Source: Gilvimarinus xylanilyticus
GTDB lineage: Bacteria; Pseudomonadota; Gammaproteobacteria; Pseudomonadales; Cellvibrionaceae
Direction: 5' to 3'
Length of the DNA stretch: 24,000 bases
NCBI RefSeq assembly: GCF_024195295.1
Contig: NZ_JAMFTH010000003.1
Location: 326,783-350,782, forward strand
The notes beneath the pieces are model-generated. The model was not told the DNA's origin and searched no databases. It saw only the letters and a list, made by a program, of their open reading frames with translations. The stretch's first letter is position 1. Each line of letters opens with the position of its first letter. Below are positions 18,336 through 24,000 of this stretch, in pieces. The position numbers were made by a program, and so were the translations under genes.

Positions 18336-19326
18336 ACCCCGACACCTTGGGAGACTCCCGGTCGCCCGCTGAATGATCAACCCGTGACGACCCTGTAAGC
18401 CGGTTCCACCAATCCCGCACGGGGTTGGACGACAGGGGAACCAGTTCGCGCGTGGGCACGCCCGAAACAGCATACATACAATGCTCGAAAAAAGGCGTAT
18501 TTAACTGCTGGTTAATCTCGGAGGTATGAACAAAGTTGGGGATGGCATTAATCTCAATAAAGACTATTGATCCGTCTTCGCGGCGTAAGAAATCAATGCC
18601 CAAAAGCAGGTAGCGCCGCTCGGACGAGGCGGCGATAGCCGGTTCGAGTACCGGTAACAGCTTGAGATTGGCTTTAAGCAAGTGGGAAAACACCTGCGAG
18701 TAATCAGGCCCTTGACGCAGACAGTGCATTTTTATTTCCGAGCCCGCCTGCTCGTAACCGCGATGATCCACCTGCACACTGTAATCGCAGCTTTGGGGGT
18801 CGTAGGGCTTGCCGTGCACCATGTAAAAGCCGTCGCGATAGAGAAACACCTTGCCATTCCACACCAGCAAATAGCAACGCCCGGTGTACTTGCGCCCATT
18901 CATTAAATGCAAGTGCTGTTCACCCTTTTGCAGAAAAGCAAACTGCGGCATTTCCAGGCTCGCCAGCTGCTCGTGCGAAACCACTTGAATATCGCGACCT
19001 CCGGAAAGGTGGTTGGGTTTTACGAACCAAATATCCCCTGGCCGGGATTGCGCCTGGGCCTCAGCGATAGAAAAGCAGCTGGGCGGGAAAAGGTCGGACA
19101 CACCTTTCTCGATTGCCGATTTTGCGACCCGGGATTTATTTTCTAACTGGTTATACACCTCCGCTTCGATTAGCTTAATCGCATCGGATCGTTCATCGGG
19201 GTTGTCACCATAAAAGCGGCACCAGTAACTAAACACCTGATTATTATTAGCTACGTGGGTATTTTGATTGGCACGGCGCCCGGCTTCGGCAAAGAGTTTG
19301 CTCGCTCGATTGGCTTGAATGTACAT
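18334..19326 (-). CDS. tubulin-tyrosine-ligase-like (TTL family) ATP-grasp enzyme
   Basis: Motif series IWFVKPNHLSGGRDIQVV, LMNGRKYTGRCYLLVWNGKVFLYRDGFYMV and LLLGIDFLRREDGSIVFIEINAIPNF parallels the TTL-family blocks WIxKP..xGxGI, GRKFDxRxYVLV...Y..G..R and GxDfxxD....wLlEvNxxPs. GGAG SD 9 nt before ATG 19326. Confidence 0.65.
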   Translation of the reverse strand: MYIQANRASKLFAEAGRRANQNTHVANNNQVFSYWCRFYGDNPDERSDAIKLIEAEVYNQLENKSRVAKSAIEKGVSDLFPPSCFSIAEAQAQSRPGDIWFVKPNHLSGGRDIQVVSHEQLASLEMPQFAFLQKGEQHLHLMNGRKYTGRCYLLVWNGKVFLYRDGFYMVHGKPYDPQSCDYSVQVDHRGYEQAGSEIKMHCLRQGPDYSQVFSHLLKANLKLLPVLEPAIAASSERRYLLLGIDFLRREDGSIVFIEINAIPNFVHTSEINQQLNTPFFEHCMYAVSGVPTRELVPLSSNPVRDWWNRLTGSSRVDHSAGDRESPKVSG

Positions 19327-19444
19327 AGTATTCGACTCCGTAGATTAATCGTAAAAATTCGCTTCCCTGCTGCGCAGCCTAATCAGGTAAAACCATTGCA
19401 ATGTTACTTGCGCAACTTCTGCCTAAGAATGCTCAATCCCCTCT

Positions 19445-19480
19445 GGCGAAGCAGATTAATAGGCGGCGGTCGCAGAGCTT
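19445..19480 (+). repeat. direct repeat copy 2 (DR2)
   Basis: ggcgaagcagattaataggcggcggtcgcagagctt. 29/36 identical to DR1, and it keeps the same reading frame and stop (GEAD* versus GETD*). It abuts IR-L. Confidence 0.8.
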
Positions 19481-19518
19481 CTGGGGCCTGTTCACACTAA
19501 TTAGATGCAGCCTGTTGC
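19481..19518. repeat. left arm of long inverted repeat (IR-L)
   Basis: ctggggcctgttcacactaattagatgc(a)gcctgttg pairs with 19893-19928. Of 36 paired positions, 33 are Watson-Crick and 3 are G:T, with one bulged A (19509). Position 19518 is unpaired. Confidence 0.9.
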
Positions 19519-19539
19519 GACTAAAAATTCGCCAATTAA

Positions 19540-19831
19540 GGCGCGAGGAGAGTGGTTTGGTCACTCCAAATGAACGACGAGCAAAGCTTGCCGCATCCTG
19601 CTCTCGCGCCTCACCTGCGTCCATGCAGGCGACGCAGAGTGGCGGGTTTTTAGCCGCAACCCGAATACTTACATGGAAGTAAGGTATTAGAGCAATGCAG
19701 GAGCAATTGCCGAGGGCTGGAGCCAGTTTTGTCCCCAGCGTTGTTGCCGATCGCTTATTTGGAGTAACCACTAAAACGCCGGGAGCGTTTTTGCGCTTTT
19801 GCCCCGGAGGGGTGAAGCATAAGGATATGCT
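19540..19831 (+). ncRNA. candidate structured sRNA with GGA-loop hairpins (CsrB/Rsm-like CsrA sponge); hypothesis only, ends undefined
   Basis: Nine GGA triplets on the + strand between 19546 and 19862, six of them in apical loops of short hairpins (coordinates in findings). No credible ORF. No promoter or GacA/UvrY box identified. Confidence 0.3.
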
Positions 19832-19891
19832 GAACAAACTTCGCTCACGGCGCCTAGCTGGAAACACCACTTGTCTGCAAAATAGGGGCTT

Positions 19892-19928
19892 CCAGCAGGC
19901 GCATTTAATTAGTGTGAACAGGCCCTAG
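19892..19928. repeat. right arm of long inverted repeat (IR-R)
   Basis: Reverse complement of IR-L (see IR-L entry). It overlaps the stop codon (19925-19927) of the small lipoprotein gene. Confidence 0.9.
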
Positions 19929-20089
19929 TGAATACGACCACCTACCGAAATACTGCCGGTAAGGTGCGGCCCGCTACCCCAACCCGATTGAATTCCCACA
20001 TTGCCGTACACCTGCGGATCACAGCCCGACAGACAAAGCGCGCCCGCTATTAACGCGGTACCGAAAACGACTCGTTTAATCAGTTTCAT
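19925..20089 (-). CDS. small lipoprotein (54 aa), absent from the ORF track
   Basis: Minus-strand ATG at 20089 preceded by a perfect AAGGAG, only 3 nt after the stop of the upstream VOC gene. Product is MKLIKRVVFGTALIAGALCLSG-C-DPQVYGNVGIQSGWGSGPHLTGSISVGGRIH, with lipobox LSGC and a Gly-rich mature peptide. Confidence 0.55.
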   Translation of the reverse strand: MKLIKRVVFGTALIAGALCLSGCDPQVYGNVGIQSGWGSGPHLTGSISVGGRIH

Positions 20090-20092
20090 GGT

Positions 20093-20986
20093 TTACTCCT
20101 TGTTGTCCACAGGCCAGGTTTGCAAAGCGATACCGGCGCCCGAGGGCCCGGCAATTAAAGCGGCTAGCCCCCCGGCTTCGCGCGCCTCAATCGGCAGTAA
20201 AACACGTCCGCCCAAGCCCTCTACCTGCGCGACTATCGCCTCAAGGGACTGGGCATTGGCCACTCGAATATAGGTAATCCAGTTAGAGCCTATGCCCTCG
20301 ACCGGCTTTTTCAAAATACCGGCGCGCGGCTTTTGCTGCGCTTTAAGCAAGGTGTAATCAACACTCTCGCGCAGAGACTTCTGCTCTACCTGGTAAGGCA
20401 TAACGGCGGCGTAGAATTCGCGGGCAGCGGGCACCTCGGTGGTCCACAACTCGTTCCACAAGAATCCACCCGGCGCTGCGGGACCCGCGTCGGCAGGATC
20501 GCCCTCTGGGGTTTGCAGCATGGCAAAAAGCGCGCCCTGCCCATCCTGGGCTACGGCCATACGACCGCGCTGACGCAAATCAAAAATCGGCCCTAAACGC
20601 TCGCCCCCGTTGGCGTCCACCGCCGCCGCGCTTTGGTCAATATCGGCACTGGCGAATACCGGCACCCACTGAGAGGCATTGCCCTTCACATTCAGGTCGG
20701 CCTGATCCACCATGCCACCGATCAGCTCGCCATTGTGGCGGATTAAATAATAGCGGGAGGTACTGAAAAAACCGGTGTTCAGGGTGAGCTTTTCAAACTG
20801 CCAGCCGAACAGGGTTTGATAAAAGGTTTGGCTGGCTTCGGGCTGGGCACTGATTAGATCGTGCCAAATGATTTTGCCCGGCAGCCGTGTGTCGGCCGAA
20901 TCGACCACCGCGGGCAAGTCTACCTGGGTTTGCGCACAACTGGTCAACAAAGCCAGCGACACTATCCATAATCCTAAACGCTTCAT
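20093..20986 (-). CDS. VOC (glyoxalase/bleomycin-resistance fold) family lipoprotein, two-domain
   Basis: GGAGG SD. Lipobox LLTS-C. Two repeats of the VOC-like pattern (IIWHDLISAQPEASQTFYQTLFGWQF... and FLWNELWTTEVPAAREFYAAVMPYQV...). Confidence 0.7.
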   Translation of the reverse strand: MKRLGLWIVSLALLTSCAQTQVDLPAVVDSADTRLPGKIIWHDLISAQPEASQTFYQTLFGWQFEKLTLNTGFFSTSRYYLIRHNGELIGGMVDQADLNVKGNASQWVPVFASADIDQSAAAVDANGGERLGPIFDLRQRGRMAVAQDGQGALFAMLQTPEGDPADAGPAAPGGFLWNELWTTEVPAAREFYAAVMPYQVEQKSLRESVDYTLLKAQQKPRAGILKKPVEGIGSNWITYIRVANAQSLEAIVAQVEGLGGRVLLPIEAREAGGLAALIAGPSGAGIALQTWPVDNKE

Positions 20987-21141
20987 AGTACCTCCAATGT
21001 GTAAGCCTGTGTTCCGATAATAGCAACCTTAACGGGATTTGTCGTTGGGCCAGGTTTGTGTCGCAAATCCTTCATAAAAGCGTTGTTGTTTAGCCGCTAT
21101 TACCGCAAAATGGCGCATCTTTACTAACCGAAGACCGCGCT

Positions 21142-21582
21142 ATGCAATCCATTCTATACGTCAGCAAAGCCACCCAAACGTTTGATGAGCAAGCGTTACG
21201 GGATCTGCTGCAACAGGCCGAGGAGCGCAACAGAACTCTGGGCATCACCGGATACTTGTATTTTAAGTCGCCCTACTTCTTTCAATATATTGAAAGCGAA
21301 GATAATGCGGTGGAAACCCTGATGGACAGCATTGCGGCCGACACGCGGCATTCAATTATTAATCAGTTGCACGACACTTTCTCGGGCGAACGCCGCTTTC
21401 CCGACTGGAGTATGCGCGCCATCAGCGAAGGGACGGTGCGCAAGCTGAACCTGGAGCAGATCATTATCGACGATGTGGTCTCCATGAACGGTGTCTACCG
21501 CAACGAAGAGCGCTGGAAGGCCACAGTAACCAAAGTGGTAACTACCTTGGCGCGCAACCGACAGAGCATGGCCAAACGCTAA
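21142..21582 (+). CDS. short BLUF-domain blue-light photoreceptor
   Basis: ILYVSKA...(Y)...RNRTLGITGYLYF..PYFFQYIESE....V..L...I..DTRH.......RRFPDWSM contains the conserved BLUF Tyr, Gln (FFQYIE) and Trp-x-Met. At 146 aa it has no output domain. Confidence 0.9.
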   Translation: MQSILYVSKATQTFDEQALRDLLQQAEERNRTLGITGYLYFKSPYFFQYIESEDNAVETLMDSIAADTRHSIINQLHDTFSGERRFPDWSMRAISEGTVRKLNLEQIIIDDVVSMNGVYRNEERWKATVTKVVTTLARNRQSMAKR

Positions 21583-22181
21583 TCGGCCAAACTGACAAAA
21601 CCCGGCTGGCTAGCCACGGCAACCAGCCAGCGACAAATGCCCGGAAAGCCCTTCAAATCAAACCCGCCCTCATGGGCAACATGGGTGTAGGCGTAAAGCG
21701 TAATATCAGCGATGCTGTACTGCTCACCCACAAAATAATCCCGCTCGGCCAGGTGTCGCTCCATGACCTCCAGCGCCTGATATCCAGCCTGGCGCTTAGT
21801 GTTGATTGTCTGGATGAGTTCACTCGTGTCAATGTTGGCAAGACTCTGCCAATACCGCAGCGTGGCAATATTGGGCTCGTGGGAATACTGCTCAAAGAGC
21901 ATCCACTGTAGAACTTGTGCTTGACTGAAAGAATCGTCCGGCAAAAGATGAGTCTGTTGCGCCAGATACCAAAGTGCGGCATTGGACTCGGGCAGGTAGC
22001 GATCACCAACCTGCAGTACCGGCACCCGACCATTGGGGTTAATGGCTAAAAACTCAGGGGTACGCGATTCGCCTTTAAGAATATTAATCTCTTTGATGCG
22101 AAAGCTCACGCCCAATTGACGCATAGCCAACCGCAGCTTGTAGCAATTACCGGATGGGTGAAACTGAAAGAGCGTATGCAT
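21579..22181 (-). CDS. glutathione S-transferase family protein
   Basis: Start moved to ATG 22181 (AAGGAGGG SD 7 nt upstream). N-terminal thioredoxin-like part (FHPSGNCYKLRL, NPNGRVPVL, ESNAALWYL) followed by a helical C-terminal domain. Confidence 0.85.
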   Translation of the reverse strand: MHTLFQFHPSGNCYKLRLAMRQLGVSFRIKEINILKGESRTPEFLAINPNGRVPVLQVGDRYLPESNAALWYLAQQTHLLPDDSFSQAQVLQWMLFEQYSHEPNIATLRYWQSLANIDTSELIQTINTKRQAGYQALEVMERHLAERDYFVGEQYSIADITLYAYTHVAHEGGFDLKGFPGICRWLVAVASQPGFVSLAD

Positions 22182-22223
22182 ATCGATTCCCTCCTTTGGA
22201 ACCGACATCATACGCTCTGCCCT

Positions 22224-23492
22224 TCAGCGCGTTAAGCGCTTAATATCATCTTTAATCGCCTCGGCCACCAGGGTGTAGCCATACTCTTCCGGGTGGAGTA
22301 AATCGGGCATTACTTTTTCACTCAATACGCCATCTTCGGTCAGAAAGACGCTGTTAATATCTTTAAAAAAGACCCGTTCGCCGTCGGCAAAATTGCGAAT
22401 GCGCGCATTCACCAACGCGTTGTTTTGGCGCAACACATCGTCGGCGGTCGCGCCGCGCGGGTAGATGGCCAGAAGCAACACTTTACTGTCGGGAATGCGC
22501 TGTTCCAGCTCATTTAGAATATGCTTAATGCCTTCGGCAATACGCGCCGGATCGTCCTGGCGATGCCCGGTATTATTGGTACCGATCATCAACACGACCA
22601 GCTTAGGGGCTGTCTCGTCCACTTCGCCGTGCTGCAAACGCCAGAGTACATTTTCAGTTCTGTCGCCGCCGTAACCCAAATTCAAGGTGCGATAATCGCC
22701 AAAGTACTTCTCGAAAACTTCGGCACCGGCTTTCTCCCACCCTTCGGTAATCGAGTCCCCCAAAAAAATCACCTGGGGGTCATTTTTCTGCGCTTGCTTT
22801 AATTTTTCCTTATGCCGAGGCATCCACCAGCTTTGCGCCCAGTGCTCGTTCAAGGGCGCCGGGGTAATGGCCACAGTTTTAGGATCTGGACAGGTTAAGG
22901 TAACACCATCGACCGAGTCGATATCTTGCTGCCAGCTCACCGATTTAAACTCCACCGCACCATTGCCACCACTGCTTAACCGCAAAGGCGTGCTGATATA
23001 TCTGGCCGTTTCCCCCTCACGCATTAAACACTGGGCGGGCAACTTAACGGTTTTAAGGCCCTCACCTGCAAGCTTTGCCATCTGGTGGGTCACTGTGACT
23101 TTGCGCTCACAGCCATTTCCACAGGCATAGGCAATATCAAAACCCGCGTTATCGAATTTGCTTAAATCCAGCTCTACCACGACACCGCCATTGGCGCGGA
23201 AGCGTTCCAGGTTTACCGGCTCGGAACGGTCAAAGTTAAGCGCCGCCCACCAGGCATTTTTCCACTGCATTTTGATCGTCTGATCGTCGTTACGCGTTAA
23301 CACCAAAGGTCGCTCATTACCCAGAGTTAACTCGGATTCGCTCCAAACTTGGCGCTCCGCGTGATTTTGCGCGACCAGCGTCGTCTGCTGTGAAGGCCAC
23401 AGCGTGAGAACCCTGGCTTCGTTATCTGCCTGGACAGTCGACCCGGCCAAAGTGCAAAGAGCGATTCCCCAACGGATCAGCGATTTTGTCAT
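22224..23492 (-). CDS. secreted SGNH/GDSL hydrolase (probable carbohydrate or acyl esterase) with N-terminal ~230-aa beta-rich domain
   Basis: Start moved to ATG 23492 (MTKSLIRWGIALCTLAGSTVQA/DN signal). SGNH blocks FLGDSITEGW, GYGGDRTENVLWRL, VLMIGTNN and DLLHPEEYGY. The N-terminal domain is unassigned. Confidence 0.85.
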   Translation of the reverse strand: MTKSLIRWGIALCTLAGSTVQADNEARVLTLWPSQQTTLVAQNHAERQVWSESELTLGNERPLVLTRNDDQTIKMQWKNAWWAALNFDRSEPVNLERFRANGGVVVELDLSKFDNAGFDIAYACGNGCERKVTVTHQMAKLAGEGLKTVKLPAQCLMREGETARYISTPLRLSSGGNGAVEFKSVSWQQDIDSVDGVTLTCPDPKTVAITPAPLNEHWAQSWWMPRHKEKLKQAQKNDPQVIFLGDSITEGWEKAGAEVFEKYFGDYRTLNLGYGGDRTENVLWRLQHGEVDETAPKLVVLMIGTNNTGHRQDDPARIAEGIKHILNELEQRIPDSKVLLLAIYPRGATADDVLRQNNALVNARIRNFADGERVFFKDINSVFLTEDGVLSEKVMPDLLHPEEYGYTLVAEAIKDDIKRLTR

Positions 23493-23502
23493 TTTCGTTT
23501 CC

Positions 23503-24000
23503 TTATGGACTGGGAAGAATTTTTTGCGACTGCTCACCCAGGCCTTCAATACCCAGCTCAACCTTGTCACCAACGTTTAAATACACGGGCGGTTTTTGCC
23601 CCAGACCAACACCCGGCGGCGTACCGGTGGAAATAATATCCCCCGGCTGTAAGCTCATATACTGGCTTAAAAAGGACACCAGCTGGGCGGGGCCAAACAC
23701 CATATTTTTGGTATTGGAGTTTTGGTAGGTTTTACCATTAACCGTCAGCCAAATATTTAAATTGAGCGGATCTTTCACCGCGTCGCGGGTAACCAGGTAG
23801 GGGCCGATGGGACCAAAAGTATCGCAGCCTTTACCCAAATCCCACTGACCGCTGCGCTCTAACTGAAAGCCGCGCTCGGACACATCGTGTACAACACAGT
23901 AACCGGCAATATAGTCTTCAGCATCGGCTTCGCTGACGTACTTAGCTTCGCGGCCGATCACAATGCCCATCTCTACTTCCCAGTCCAGCTTTTCTGAACC
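23503..24000 (-). CDS. fumarylacetoacetate hydrolase (FAH) family protein, N-terminus beyond window
   Basis: The frame stays open to nt 24000 (GSEKLDWEVEMGIVIG...). It has the FAH-family C-terminal pattern (D.E.E...IG, KG.D.F.P.GP, NG...Q...T..M.F, L.PGD.I.TGTP.GVG). Its TAA stop overlaps the SD of the downstream SGNH gene. Confidence 0.85.
   Translation of the reverse strand, partial: GSEKLDWEVEMGIVIGREAKYVSEADAEDYIAGYCVVHDVSERGFQLERSGQWDLGKGCDTFGPIGPYLVTRDAVKDPLNLNIWLTVNGKTYQNSNTKNMVFGPAQLVSFLSQYMSLQPGDIISTGTPPGVGLGQKPPVYLNVGDKVELGIEGLGEQSQKILPSP

Noticed and set aside
19665-19687. GacA/UvrY upstream activating box (TGTAAG-N6-CTTACA)
   Set aside because: The sequence is CTTACA-TGGAA-GTAAG, so the half-sites are in swapped order. 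It is better read as a GGA-loop hairpin. No canonical box was found in 19327-19540 either, which weakens the Csr/Rsm hypothesis.
19773-19800. Intrinsic terminator aaaacgc-cggga-gcgtttt plus T-run
   Set aside because: Only 3 G:C pairs make it too weak to call as a terminator feature. It is retained as one of the GGA-loop hairpins and as a possible sRNA 3' end.
19433-19928. ORFs inside the IR-bounded element (145 aa on the minus strand at 19433-19870; 77 aa on the plus strand at 19695-19928)
   Set aside because: They have no SD and a basic low-complexity composition. They run across the hairpins and the inverted repeat, so a non-coding reading fits better.
19481-19928. Tn3-type or other MITE with target-site duplication
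   Set aside because: The flanks (agctt / tgaat, or ttctg / tagtg with shifted ends) are not direct duplications, and the IR does not match any IS or Tn3 terminus I know. This is kept only as an alternative in the findings, not called as a mobile element.
19892-19928. dif/Xer-like site (GGCGCATTTAATTAGTG resembles the GGTGCGCATAA XerC arm)
   Set aside because: Only the GCGCAT-AA part matches. The XerD arm (TTATGTTAAAT) is absent.

Overview
This 24-kb chromosomal window most likely comes from a marine, polysaccharide-degrading gammaproteobacterium. That placement (Cellvibrionaceae-like) is an inference from the GH67 alpha-glucuronidase, the polyserine and (PE)n linkers and the TonB-dependent receptor. 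I recognised no rRNA, tRNA, CRISPR array, transposase or integrase. Left third (1-6.1 kb): a classical zinc-uptake locus (znuA, a Zur box, then zur-znuC-znuB), an LpxH-family metallophosphoesterase, tag and maa. Middle (6.1-12.4 kb): an orphan membrane-anchored protein, GH67 aguA, a DUF4870 membrane protein and a TonB-dependent receptor. From 12.45 to 16.3 kb there is a visibly AT-richer segment. It carries a two-gene minus-strand operon encoding a 977-aa lipoprotein ((PE)~30 spacer, polyserine linker, FN3, C-terminal DUF1566/Lcl_C) and a 172-aa secreted DUF1566 protein. This operon lies directly downstream of a LuxR-type AHL receptor gene with no luxI in the window, and two CTG..CAG lux-box-like palindromes sit in the promoter gap. 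Right part (17-24 kb): a DUF2914-like membrane protein and a tubulin-tyrosine-ligase-like ATP-grasp gene bracketed by 36-bp direct repeats. Next comes a 448-bp element closed by 36-bp inverted repeats and packed with hairpins that present GGA in their loops; it is a candidate CsrA/RsmA sponge RNA or a MITE. The remaining genes are a small lipoprotein missing from the ORF track, a VOC lipoprotein, a short BLUF photoreceptor, and a GST-SGNH esterase-FAH string. The three most interesting items are the LuxR-solo/DUF1566 surface module, the repeat-bracketed TTL-like gene and the IR-bounded GGA-hairpin element. All functional interpretations of these three are hypotheses.
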